Shown piece after piece: positions 25,098 to 35,300 of a stretch of DNA of 64,000 nt. The translations under genes and the position numbers were made by a program. Each line of letters opens with the position of its first letter. Position 1 is the first letter of the stretch. Under the pieces are notes generated by a model. The model was given only the letters and a program-made list of their open reading frames with translations, was not told where the DNA came from and ran no database searches. This DNA is from Myxococcota bacterium (lineage in GTDB: Bacteria; Myxococcota; B64-G9): contig DATKYQ010000040.1 of assembly GCA_035528415.1 (NCBI GenBank), positions 28,296-92,295 of the forward strand, read 5' to 3'.

Positions 25098-25442
25098 TTA
25101 GATCAATCCATCGGGAAGGGGCACATCCATCTCGATGCCGCCCTTGAAACCCGCACCATCCTCGATGATCACGACCGGCGCCCTGATATCGCCGACCACC
25201 TTGGCGTTGGCCAGCACCGCCACACGTTCCGTAGCAGTGATGTTGCCGCTCATCTCGCCTCTGATCGTCAGACGCTCGGCCTCAATGTCGGCCCTGACGA
25301 CGCCGGTTTCCTCGATGGTCAAGTGATTCTTCAAAGAAATCTGCCCCTCTACCGTTCCTTCGATAATCAGATCCCCTCCACCGCTCAGGTTGCCCCTGAT
25401 AGCAATCCCCTTGCCGATAACGCCCGGTGGTTCCGCGGCCAT
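25098..25442 (-). CDS. Bactofilin
   Basis: 114 aa bactofilin core (IRGNLSGGGDLIIEGTVEGQISL..., VVIIEDGAGFKGGIEM). Confidence 0.85.
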   Translation of the reverse strand: MAAEPPGVIGKGIAIRGNLSGGGDLIIEGTVEGQISLKNHLTIEETGVVRADIEAERLTIRGEMSGNITATERVAVLANAKVVGDIRAPVVIIEDGAGFKGGIEMDVPLPDGLI

Positions 25443-25519
25443 GTTTGCCTCCTTTGCCAGATACAGACGCTAGACTCTATGACATGCGCGGGCAACATAG
25501 CAAGAGAATCCCGAGCTTG

Positions 25520-26263
25520 TCAACCCCGCCCCAGGCGTCCCGTCAGACCCCTTGATAACAGGCCCTGCGGGATGCCCACCACCAGAAACAGCATGGCTAT
25601 CACCAGCGGGTATTCCGGGTACACCATGCAGATGCCGGTCACGTAGAGCGTTAAAATGTTCGCCAACTGGAACAGGTTGAAGACCTTGTTTTTTCTCGGC
25701 ACCACTTTAGGGGTCGGCAAGGATGATATCATTCCCAGTCCCAGCCCTACCAGGACCAATGGATAGTAGCTCATCACGGCCGTGTCGAGACCATACTTGA
25801 AGGCCACCAGCAGTCCCGCGGCGACTATAGCCCCGGAGATGGTCGTTGGTACGCCCTTGAAGTGCCTGGCGTTCGGGGCATGCCCGACGACGTTATAACG
25901 GGCCAGGCGCAGCGCAGTGCAGACGACGTATAGGGTTGATGCGATCGCCAGCAGAAACCAGAGCCCCGTTCCGGGAAGCAGCTCCCATGCCGTCCTGCCT
26001 GTCGAATAACACAGCATCGCCGGGGCCAGGCCGAAGGCAACCAGATCGGCCATCGAATCCAGCTCTGAGCCGAACTTGCTGGTCGCGTCCAGCAGCCTGG
26101 CGGCCGTGCCGTCCGCCTTGTCAAGCAAGACGCTCCAGAGCACCAGCCAGGCGGCCCACTCCAACTCACCCTCCAAAGAAAGCAATACCGAGGCCGTGCC
26201 CAGCATCAGGCTCGTTGAGGTAAAGAAGTTGGGGACGATGTATCGCCAGGCCCTATTTCCCAT
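25520..26263 (-). CDS. pssA: CDP-diacylglycerol--serine O-phosphatidyltransferase
   Basis: CDP-alcohol phosphatidyltransferase motif DKADGTAARLLDATSKFGSELDSMADLV in a polytopic membrane protein of 247 aa. Confidence 0.8.
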   Translation of the reverse strand: MGNRAWRYIVPNFFTSTSLMLGTASVLLSLEGELEWAAWLVLWSVLLDKADGTAARLLDATSKFGSELDSMADLVAFGLAPAMLCYSTGRTAWELLPGTGLWFLLAIASTLYVVCTALRLARYNVVGHAPNARHFKGVPTTISGAIVAAGLLVAFKYGLDTAVMSYYPLVLVGLGLGMISSLPTPKVVPRKNKVFNLFQLANILTLYVTGICMVYPEYPLVIAMLFLVVGIPQGLLSRGLTGRLGRG

Positions 26264-27143
26264 GCTGCCCCAGCCAGGCGATCAGGTCGGCAACCACCTT
26301 GTCGCGCCCGACCTCGTTGAAGATCTCGTGGAAGTAGTCTTCGTAGAGCTGAAAGTTCTTGTCCTCGGATTGCGCCGCCTCGAAGAAATGGCGCGTTGCC
26401 TCGGCAGAGGCCAGCCGGTCGTCACCGGCTTGCAGTACCAGAAGCGGCAGCTTGATGCGCGTCACCTCGCGAAAGGCGTCCGCCTGGGCTTGCAGCACCT
26501 CGGTGAACCAGCGGGCCGATGCCACGTCGCTCACCAGGGGATCCGCCGCATAGCGTTCGCAGGCCTCCTGGTCGTGGCTCAAGACGGAAGGGTCGAGGCC
26601 GGATTTCAAAGACAGGGTCGGGAAAATGCCCGAAAGCAACCTGCCGGCCAGCGCCTTGAGCGTGGGCACCTTGAAGGCCATGTCCAGGAATGGAGAACTG
26701 AGCACCAGGCCGTTCAGATCGTCTGCGTCGCGCTCGCAGAACCTGGCGGCGATCAATCCGCCCAGCGAATGCCCCAGCAGGACGGGCTTGCCGCCGTAGC
26801 CCTCCTTTTCGATTTCGGCCAAGAAGCTTCCGAGATCGTCCAGGTAGCCCGTGAAACCGTCGATGTGCGCCCGTCGCCCGCCGCTCTGGCCGTGCCCGCG
26901 GTAGTCAAAGGCGGCCACCGACCAGCCGGCCCGGCAGATATCATCCGCCAGCGCCTTGTAGCGGCCACTATGCTCTGCGAAACCGTGCACCAGCGCAACC
27001 AGGCCCTTGGGTTCATCTGTGAACCAGCGCCTGAAGAAAAGTCGGATACCGTCAGGCGCGTTGAAGAAATGTTCTTGGTAGTCAGTTGCCAACGTTCCAC
27101 CTCCCGGGTGCCCGATAAGACCACGAGCGGCCCGCCTGGTCAA
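26253..27143 (-). CDS. Alpha/beta hydrolase, lysophospholipase / monoacylglycerol-lipase-like
   Basis: HGFAEHSGRY oxyanion region and GHSLGG nucleophile elbow. TTG start at 27143 in a TTGA overlap. An alternative TTG at 27092 has a GGAGG RBS. Confidence 0.7.
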   Translation of the reverse strand: MTRRAARGLIGHPGGGTLATDYQEHFFNAPDGIRLFFRRWFTDEPKGLVALVHGFAEHSGRYKALADDICRAGWSVAAFDYRGHGQSGGRRAHIDGFTGYLDDLGSFLAEIEKEGYGGKPVLLGHSLGGLIAARFCERDADDLNGLVLSSPFLDMAFKVPTLKALAGRLLSGIFPTLSLKSGLDPSVLSHDQEACERYAADPLVSDVASARWFTEVLQAQADAFREVTRIKLPLLVLQAGDDRLASAEATRHFFEAAQSEDKNFQLYEDYFHEIFNEVGRDKVVADLIAWLGQHGK

Positions 27144-27868
27144 ATGCCTTCGAAGATCAACTTGCCAAGCGACTTGCCCACTATTCTAACTTGCCACGGA
27201 TCGGAGACCGTTTTCAACTGCGGCAGGGCCGCGACCAGCTTGATAAACCCCACGGCGGAGATCAACCTGTCTACCAGCAACAGACTTGTAAGATAAGCCC
27301 TCTTGAGATCTTTTCTGCCGAGATCCCGCGCTCCAAGCTTGCCATCCAGTCTCCTGAGATCCTCACCATTCCGGGGCAGGCTGCAGGCATGGGCTGCGGA
27401 CAGGCCGGACTTCTGGCCAGCCAACCACTGGGCCAGGCCCTCGTCGAGCCAGCGCGGGCAACCGCGGCCGGCGGCACGTCTGACAATCCAGTGAACCAGT
27501 TCATGAGTCACAAGCGCCTCATGATTTTCGATCTTCCTAAGGGAGCGGACGGGCTGGGTAACGATCTCGTCATCGACAAGGGCGGCTCCCACGAACCACG
27601 GCCTTTTGCAGCGCTTATAAAAATCCCGCATGTCGCTACAGACATGAATTGTGATCGTCCGGCCGCGCTGCAGACCAAACAGGTGTTCGAAACTAGATAT
27701 CTTCAGGCAAGCTAGTTTACAAAATTCGTGCGCCGCCTTTTCCTGGGCCGGACTGCCGGCCACGGCCTCAACCCCGGCGCAGCAGTCGACGACGACAGGT
27801 GCGGCACGGCAAACGGACACGGCCGTGATCGATACGATCAAGGCGCAGATTTTCTTTTTCAAGGCCAC
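27140..27868 (-). CDS. Exported zinc metallopeptidase, peptidase-MA-like (HExxH...EG)
   Basis: THELVHW plus downstream WLDEGLAQW. Proposed GTG start at 27868 gives (M)ALKKKICALIVSITAVSVCRAAP, a signal peptide, and overlaps the SpoIID stop. The longer track ORF upstream lies inside the SpoIID gene. Confidence 0.55.
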   Translation of the reverse strand: MALKKKICALIVSITAVSVCRAAPVVVDCCAGVEAVAGSPAQEKAAHEFCKLACLKISSFEHLFGLQRGRTITIHVCSDMRDFYKRCKRPWFVGAALVDDEIVTQPVRSLRKIENHEALVTHELVHWIVRRAAGRGCPRWLDEGLAQWLAGQKSGLSAAHACSLPRNGEDLRRLDGKLGARDLGRKDLKRAYLTSLLLVDRLISAVGFIKLVAALPQLKTVSDPWQVRIVGKSLGKLIFEGI

Positions 27869-29052
27869 CTGCCAAGCTGTGTTCCGGGATAGTAATGTTC
27901 CAGGATCTTCCAAAAGTCGGCGCCCGCCCGCTCCATACCCATCGCACCGTACTGACACATGCCAATCCCGTGTCCCAATCCCCGTCCGTGAAACAGAAGT
28001 TCTTGGCCGCGTTTTTCCAGTTCGAAGCACGCGCTTTTGAACCTGCCCCAGCCAAACCATTTTCCCATCAACATGTGAAAGCGCTCGCCGCGCAACTCGA
28101 TCGCCGGGCCGGAGGCGCTGGAGATCGACACCCGGCTGACCCAGCCCTGCCTGCCGATCTTCTCGATGGCAAGCTTGCATTTTTTAAGCTTGCCTGCCCT
28201 GCCCAGGGCCGGAAACTGCTTGCCCAGCCGTCGGCACAAGCCCGCCTGCCCGATGCTGAAGGTCCAGTGCATGTGCGCCGAATCCGAACAATACGGCGGC
28301 CGGCCGTCCTCGACGCCCAGGAGGTACGGGCGCGCCGTCACAGGCCCCCATACATCGGCTGCCGAGGCGGTGCTTCCGGCGCAGGTGGAGAAATAGTACG
28401 TCCGTGCAGGTTTAGCGTCGAAAAGCAACACCAGTCCACGCGCCGCCGCGAGCGCCCGGCGCTGTTTCGGGGTACAGGCCTCGCGCCCGGTGTAGACCTG
28501 GCAGTGGGTCAGATCGCATAAATCGTACCCCGCCCCGGTGTGCTTGCCTGTCACACTCAGGGCGTAGCTGCGCGAGGCGACGGCCTGCGCACGCAAGGCT
28601 TCGGGACCGCCGGGTCGCATCTCGTGGCAAGCCACCGACTGGACGTAATCTTCGAGCGCTACGTGGTTGAGCAGCCGGCAAACGTCACTCGCCGGCCGCA
28701 CCTCAAGCCAGCCGTCGTAGACGCGAAGCGGCCCGCCCGCGACACCGGCCCGCAGGCCGTCGCGGCCGTGGCCGGCGGCGGTCCGCACTTCGAATCGCGC
28801 GGAGCAGACTCTTTTCTTTTCATGCCTTACGCACAGCAATGCACTTGCAGTGCAGCGCGCATCAATAGCGTTTGTCACGAATACTTGCCGCCTGCCGTCG
28901 GCCGCCACTGCCGTGACTGCCAGCGGGAGGCTGTTAGTGCTTTTGATCGAAACCCGTTGCGGCTTGAATATGCCGAACAGGCTGATGCTCACCTCGCGCG
29001 CTTGGGCCCCCGGGACCGAAAGCAAGGCCATCGCTATGATCAGTGATCTCAT
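27859..29052 (-). CDS. SpoIID/LytB-domain protein (peptidoglycan remodelling)
   Basis: Signal peptide. ALEDYVQSVACHEM, ALRAQAVASRSYAL, YFSTCAGSTASAADVW, GRGLGHGIGMCQYGAMGMERAG. Confidence 0.85.
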   Translation of the reverse strand: MRSLIIAMALLSVPGAQAREVSISLFGIFKPQRVSIKSTNSLPLAVTAVAADGRRQVFVTNAIDARCTASALLCVRHEKKRVCSARFEVRTAAGHGRDGLRAGVAGGPLRVYDGWLEVRPASDVCRLLNHVALEDYVQSVACHEMRPGGPEALRAQAVASRSYALSVTGKHTGAGYDLCDLTHCQVYTGREACTPKQRRALAAARGLVLLFDAKPARTYYFSTCAGSTASAADVWGPVTARPYLLGVEDGRPPYCSDSAHMHWTFSIGQAGLCRRLGKQFPALGRAGKLKKCKLAIEKIGRQGWVSRVSISSASGPAIELRGERFHMLMGKWFGWGRFKSACFELEKRGQELLFHGRGLGHGIGMCQYGAMGMERAGADFWKILEHYYPGTQLGRWP

Positions 29053-30086
29053 GGTTTCCTCAGCGGAACGCCGCAGGCAGTCATGGCCTGGTAGGCGGCG
29101 GCGATGATCTTTTTCGCCAGTGCGGCGGCTTCCTTGGATCCCGTCCCGTCATGCACCAAGACCACCAGCGAGAGTAACGGGCGGCGATCGGGGGCAAATC
29201 CCATGTACCAGGCGTGTGTCCTCCAGTTGACGTTGCCCCAGGCGGCGGTGCCGGTCTTTCCAGCCAAGTGCAGGTCGTAAAGTCGCTGGGCCTGGCCGGT
29301 GCCATAGATGGAAGCCTGTTCCAGGGCATCGCGGATGAAACGCAGTGCCGCAGTATCTTTGAGCTCGCCCCGCACCGGCGTCGGCCCCTGGCCGGGATCC
29401 GCCATACGCGGACTGTACAGCACTCCCCCGTTGGCCACGGCGGCCACCGCGCTTAGCACCTGCAAGGGAGTCACGCGCAGGCCATCAGCCTGTCCCGTGG
29501 CCATGCGGGCCGCTAGGCCGGCCGGCGGCCAGGAGGGCAGGCTGCCGGACACCTCGCCGCCGAGATCCGAGCCGGTCACCCTTCCCAGGCCGAACTCGCC
29601 TGCCGCGCGCAGCAGGGGCGTCACACCGATGCGCCTGCCGATGCGCGCGAAGTACAAGTTGCAAGACAAGGCCAGGGCTTTTGACAGGTTGACCGGCCCG
29701 TGCCCTCTTCTGAGCCAGCAATCGACCTCGGTGCCCGGCGGACCGATGGTCGTCTCGCCTCCCGGGCAGGTGTATGTTTCCGATGGATCGACCAGGCCCG
29801 AGCGGGCCGCGTAGGTGGTGATCACCTTGAAAATGGACCCGGGTTGAAAAGATCGCCCGGCGAGCGTCTTGCGATTTTTGAGCCACAAGATCCTCCCGCT
29901 GTGCGGATCCATCAGGGCGAAGGCGTCGCGCTGGTTCGATCTTACGACTGAGGCAGACAATTCGCCAAGCTTTGCCGACAGGCAAACCCGTTCGCTGGGG
30001 CTCAGTTGCCTGACCGCGGCGCCTGAGCTGAGCGGGACCAGGAACGCCGCCAGGAAGACGAGAAAACTATTTTCGCGTCCGGGCAT
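29049..30086 (-). CDS. Penicillin-binding transpeptidase-domain protein (no glycosyltransferase module)
   Basis: Signal or anchor segment. SxxK (GSIFKV), SxN (LSCNLY) and KTG (GKTGTA) motifs in the canonical order. 345 aa. Confidence 0.8.
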   Translation of the reverse strand: MPGRENSFLVFLAAFLVPLSSGAAVRQLSPSERVCLSAKLGELSASVVRSNQRDAFALMDPHSGRILWLKNRKTLAGRSFQPGSIFKVITTYAARSGLVDPSETYTCPGGETTIGPPGTEVDCWLRRGHGPVNLSKALALSCNLYFARIGRRIGVTPLLRAAGEFGLGRVTGSDLGGEVSGSLPSWPPAGLAARMATGQADGLRVTPLQVLSAVAAVANGGVLYSPRMADPGQGPTPVRGELKDTAALRFIRDALEQASIYGTGQAQRLYDLHLAGKTGTAAWGNVNWRTHAWYMGFAPDRRPLLSLVVLVHDGTGSKEAAALAKKIIAAAYQAMTACGVPLRKP

Positions 30087-31593
30087 TGCCGCCCCTCTTG
30101 GGCGCGGGCCTTTTCGAACGGGTCGCCTTCTTCCTCTTGCGGATCTTTCTCTTCTTCCAGCGCTTGGTCTTGGCCCATTTGACCTGCAGATCGATCTTCT
30201 CGCCTTCGTTTATTTGCCGGTGATAGCTCTTCGACTGGCTGCGCCCAGGCCGGCGCGCCTCGATCACGTGACGACCTACGACAAGCGGCAGCTCTTTCAA
30301 AGGCGCCAGTCCCATGCGTCTTCCATCGACGTAGATCTCCGCCCGCCTGTCCGAATCGACCGATAAAAAGCCCTTGGGCCCCGGCCACAGCAACAGCGTC
30401 AGGCCGGCGCCGCCAAGCACTATGGCGCAGGCTGTGAGCAGCACCAAACTCCTGCGCCATTTTCTCTTTTTCTTGCCGGAATGCTTCACGGCCGGCAGTT
30501 TGGGCGCCGTCACCATCTCGGATTCGCCGGGCGGCCGCACGGGGTTGGGAACCTCCAGCGGCTCGACCAGGTCAAGAAGATCGTCCAGATAGAACTCGCG
30601 GGTATGATCGTCGCCGCCCTCGTCCGGTGGCAGGAACTCGTCGAAATCTCCCGGAGTAGTCGCCGCATGCGTGCGGTCGTACAGGTTGCTCCTGGCTCGC
30701 TCACCCAGTGCAGCGGACGTCCGCCGCCGCCCCTGATCAACGAAAAACGGCGCTAAAACGGCTGCGAAACTATCCCCGTCAGGGTAACGGTCGTCGGGAT
30801 CCTTGCAAAGGGCACGCTCGACGACCTTGTCCATGGTCCTCGAAATGGACTCGACAATGCTGCTCGGCGGCGGCGGGTCGAGGTTGACTATCTTGTCCCA
30901 GATGTCCTGCGGCCCGACCCCCATAAAGGGGTTCTCCCCGGTCAGCAATTCATAAAGCACCACCCCGAGCGAGAAGATGTCGGCCCTGCCGTCGAACTCG
31001 AAGCCCTTGACGTACTCGGGCGCCATGTACTCGTACTTACCCTTGAGCACTCCCGGCCGGGTGAAGCTGGCATACTGCGTGGCCTTGGCGATGCCGAAAT
31101 CGGTGATCTTCACCTGGCCATCGCAGCCGACCAGGATGTTTCCCGGACTGATGTCGCGGTGTACGACCGGCCCGCTCTTCTCGCCGCGTCGCGAGACGCC
31201 GGCATACGAGAGACCCATGGCCACTTCGTGCACGGCGAAGGCGACCTCGGGAATCGACAACACCAAATTGCCGGGGGCCTGAAGCATAACCAGTTCTTCC
31301 AGGTCGAGGCCCTCAAGGTACTCCATCACGATGTAGTAGTAGGATCCGAAGTTTATCAGATCATAAGTGCGGATTATATTGGGATGGTCCATGCTGGCGG
31401 CGATCAGGGCCTCGTTGACGAACATGCCGACGAACTCGCGGTCGGCGCTCAGCCTGGGAAACAGACGCTTGATGGCAACGGTGCGGATTCCTCCGTCATC
31501 CAGGCTCTCGTCGGCCTTGAAGATCTCGGCCATGCCCCCCTTGCCGATCTTTTCTCTCAGCCGATAGCGGCCGATGTGTTGACCCGTCTCCAT
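30067..31593 (-). CDS. Ser/Thr protein kinase with TM segment and extracytoplasmic PEGA domain
   Basis: GKGGMAEIFKA...AIKRL, HRDISPGNIL, DFGIAK, APE. TM helix LVLLTACAIVLGGAGLTLLLW. PEGA-like GFLSVDSDRRAEIYVDGRRMGLAP. Basic C-terminal tail. Confidence 0.9.
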   Translation of the reverse strand: METGQHIGRYRLREKIGKGGMAEIFKADESLDDGGIRTVAIKRLFPRLSADREFVGMFVNEALIAASMDHPNIIRTYDLINFGSYYYIVMEYLEGLDLEELVMLQAPGNLVLSIPEVAFAVHEVAMGLSYAGVSRRGEKSGPVVHRDISPGNILVGCDGQVKITDFGIAKATQYASFTRPGVLKGKYEYMAPEYVKGFEFDGRADIFSLGVVLYELLTGENPFMGVGPQDIWDKIVNLDPPPPSSIVESISRTMDKVVERALCKDPDDRYPDGDSFAAVLAPFFVDQGRRRTSAALGERARSNLYDRTHAATTPGDFDEFLPPDEGGDDHTREFYLDDLLDLVEPLEVPNPVRPPGESEMVTAPKLPAVKHSGKKKRKWRRSLVLLTACAIVLGGAGLTLLLWPGPKGFLSVDSDRRAEIYVDGRRMGLAPLKELPLVVGRHVIEARRPGRSQSKSYHRQINEGEKIDLQVKWAKTKRWKKRKIRKRKKATRSKRPAPKRGGNARTRK

Positions 31594-31611
31594 TGCAGTG
31601 AGTACTGCCTC

Positions 31612-32331
31612 CTATTGCCCGCTGACGTCGAAGACGCCTACCTCCTGAATGTCTCCGGTCTTGGTCAGGATCTTGTGAAACTCCAGCCGGCGCTCCCTGT
31701 TGGTGCCCTCGAACAGCACCACCTGAATGCGCACCTTGGTCTGGGGATGTCCGTGACTCGAGAAATACTTCACCTTGATCTGGTATTTACCGCTGAAGGC
31801 ATTTGCCAGCGTGAAGACCTCTGGGCCGAAGCCGTCGGTATCGTCCACGTCCAGCTTGCCGCCCATCTTTGTCAGCCGGTGCCCGTAGTAGCACTCTTCG
31901 CTCGAGGGATCGATAACGTGAAGATCGACGTCGGTTCCGTCGGTATCCCAGCTCAGGATGACCTGCATGTCGACGGGGGGCACGTCTGAAAAAAAAGACA
32001 CGCTGTCACGGCCCTCGCCGGATTCGTTTTCGGCCACTACCTCGATACCGTTGGCCCCCCTGGAGACGACGATGGTCGCCGCGAACTGCCCGCCGTTGAC
32101 ATCAATGCTGCGCTCGTAACCATTCACTACCAGGGTAACCCTGGCGAGCGATTCGTCGCTGACCGTGCCCTTCAGCTCGATGATGCGGCCGGTAGACCAG
32201 CCTCCCCTGGGTTGTACGATCTCCACCGTGGGCGGCTGGTTGTCGGCCGCTCCATCGGCCGCCCCATCGGCCGCCCCGGCGCCCAGCGGCAAGAGGCACA
32301 GCCACAACGCGAGTGTCATTGTGCGTCGCAT
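31612..32331 (-). CDS. DUF2135 / YfaP-like exported protein
   Basis: Start at MRRTMTLALWLCLLPLGAGA. C-terminal region ILSWDTDGTDVDLHVIDPSSEECYYGHRLTKMGGKLDVDDTDGFGPEVF, as I remember the YfaP family. Sits directly downstream of the A2M gene. Confidence 0.55.
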   Translation of the reverse strand: MRRTMTLALWLCLLPLGAGAADGAADGAADNQPPTVEIVQPRGGWSTGRIIELKGTVSDESLARVTLVVNGYERSIDVNGGQFAATIVVSRGANGIEVVAENESGEGRDSVSFFSDVPPVDMQVILSWDTDGTDVDLHVIDPSSEECYYGHRLTKMGGKLDVDDTDGFGPEVFTLANAFSGKYQIKVKYFSSHGHPQTKVRIQVVLFEGTNRERRLEFHKILTKTGDIQEVGVFDVSGQ

Positions 32332-32335
32332 GGTC

Positions 32336-35300
32336 TCAGTCCTCGATTTGCACAATGCCGCTGGCCGAGTTGCCGCCAAACTGCGGATCGTACATCGGTA
32401 GTACGCGAGCCGGCATGACACGGAAGACGCCCGGTACAGCGGCGCGAACCAGATAGGCAATCTTCCTGCGTCCCTTTTTCAGTCTCGAGATGAAGAAAGC
32501 CACATGCTGATCACTGATTTCGCGGTGCAATCCCGGCTGGCGTAGTTCGTAACCGGGCAGCGCGTAACCATGATCGCTCTCGATAGGCTGTACACCGGCC
32601 GGCAGGGGATCCTCGATCATCACGTAGTCTGTGTTCTGCGCCGCGGCGATCTCCAGCACAACAAGCAACTCGTCTCCCGGGGACGCCTTGCCCGCAAGCG
32701 GCTTGGTGCGAAAACGCCAACTTTCGCCGACCAGCGTCTTGTCCAGCGCGAACATGCTGCGCCTGATGCGCAAGCGTTCCCCTTGCGCCGTGATTTGCTC
32801 TTGGCGGCCGAAGTAATTGATGGCCACGTTGTAGAAAAGCACGCCCTTGCCCTGGCGGCTGATATGCACAAGGTTTTTACCGATTCTCGCCGGGGCGTCC
32901 CGTAGCAAGGTCACGCTCGGCTTGAAAACGTCCTCAGGGCCGAAATCCTTCTTCGCCCGTTGCTGGTCGTTCAGAACCAGGTCGACCCTGGCCAGGTATT
33001 CAGCGGCGCCCTGCTTTTTCAGGTAGTCGACCAGCGAAAAAACCACCATTGCCGTGTCCCGGGTCGAATGCCAGCGGTCTCCCTGGCGGACAGACATAAG
33101 CCAGCGCACCGCCTGGCCTATGTTCAGGCTGCCAGGCTTCAGCGTCACCAGGGCGCGCAGCGCGGCGGCCGTGGTTTCCACCGGATCGCTTTCCCAGCCC
33201 GGGCCTCCCCGGTCGTCGCCCCACCAGGCCCCATTGGCGCTCTTGTTGACCGCCAGGTCTATCCGGCCGGTCAGCGCCACGGCGGATTCCTGCTTGCCCA
33301 TTTCCAGAAGGGCCATGGCCGACAAGGCCTGGCCGTAGACCGAAAGATTTTTGTCTCCGGCGACTTTCTCGACCATCGACCCGTACTTCACGCCTGCCAG
33401 GGCCAGGCTGTAGAGCAAGTAGGAGCGCTGGTTGGCATTCAACTGCGGGCTTTTTACCAGGGCCTTGAGTCGGTTCGTTCCACGGTCGAGCATGTCCGCA
33501 TCGACGGGCCACTTCAGGCTCTTGGCCAACGCCAGGCCGGACACGACGTAGGCCGTCATGAAGGCATCGGTCGAGTCGTCCGACCACCAGCCCCAGCCTC
33601 CATCCTGGTGCTGCAACTGTCCCAGGTGGGCCAGCCCCGCGTGTATAAAGCGCGGCAACTCGTCCTCGAGACGCTTGTTCTTCATGCCCAACTCCTGAAG
33701 CGCCCGGGCAACGACCAGGTCGGGCAAGAAACGGTTCATGGTCTGTTCGGTGCAGCCGTATGGGTAACCAGCCAAATATCGTAGCGAGTCCAGCAGCGCC
33801 GGCGCTATACCGCTCGACAACGTGACCGTCGTCGATGCGCTTTTCGGCCTGGCCGCGTCCGGGACGGTCAGCGTTATAGACGTCTCGGGAGTTTGATCGT
33901 CCAGTGTTCCCCCGGCCAGCAAGTGCTGTTGCATTCCGTAGGGGCGAAGCGGAATCTTGCGCTCGAGCGAGTCGGAAGCGCCGTCCGATACCGCCGAGGC
34001 CCGCAGAACTGCCGTACCTGACTCCTGTGCCTGCGCCTGGAAACTGGCCAATCCCACACCCCGGGGCTTGACCTCCAACTTGACGGGCTCGCCTGAAATG
34101 CGCAACTTGTGCCCATCGGTTTGCAAGCTGGTCGTAAACGTCCTGGTCTTGTCCGTGTAGTTGTGAACCAAGACCCCGATGGTCGCCAGGTCATGCTCCA
34201 CCAGGAATGTCGGAGCCGCCAGGCGCGCAACGACCGGCTTTGTGACCTGCATCTTGCCGGCCCCCTGGCCCACCCGCGTGTCGGCCGTGATGACGCGCGC
34301 CGAGGCGCGCCAGGTGGTCAGGTTATCGGGAGCCTTCAACTTTGTCCGGGCCTTGCCCTCGGCGTTGGTGACCAGGTGCGGGTACCAGGCGAGCGTATCT
34401 TTGAAGTCGCGACGCACCTGGTTGGCGGCCAGGTTCTTGAAAGAACCAGGCACGACGGGGCTGCGCAAGGTGAGCGCGGCCATGCGATCGCGTGAGTCTT
34501 GTCCATAGCCGTAGAACCTGAAGTCGGCAGAGCACAGCGCACGAACGTTGTTGCGCTTGCGATGGTAGAAGAACTGCGAGATCGGCACCGCAAGCTCGGG
34601 GCTGATCCCGTAGATTGCCTCGTCGACGATTCCCAAAGCCACCTCCGCTCCCGCGACCGGGTGCCCCAGGTTGTCGGTCACACGCACCTCGAAGCCGATC
34701 TCATCGCCGGGCTCGGCGAATTGCCGCTCGGCATGGACGGCCACGGACAAAAGCTTCCGGCGGGGCGGCACGACCACGTCGAGGCGCCGCTCGTAAAGCG
34801 TGTGATCGAAAACCGTAGCCAGCCTGACTGTGAAGTTGGGTGTCTGCGCCTCGGCAATCTTGACCTCGAAAACGCGCGAGAATCCCCGTGCGGGCGCCGC
34901 CTCGGCGCGGTACAGGCGTCCGCCTTCGACGGTGAACAACAGGTTAGCGTCGGCGTGCGGCGTGAGCACCAGAAAGCGCGCCTTGTCGCCAATTCCATAG
35001 CTGCGCCGGTCGGCGATGATGCGCAGTTCGTCGGGAGAATATGGAATGTCCCCGCCGTTACTGGTCACATACAACGTGGTGCTGCACTCGACCCGTTGGC
35101 CTTGCGCGTCGGCCGCCTTGGCCGTCACCTTGTAACTGCCTCCCTTGGCCGGCGTAAATAAAATGACGTTCTCGCCCTTGGGCCCGGTGGAGATGCGCCG
35201 CGAAAGGATCCTTTCGCTGGTGGCCTTGGACGGTTCAGCGCCTAGTGTGGCCGTGACTTCGACATCCACGTCGGCCGCGACGGGGTTTTTGTCGTAATCC

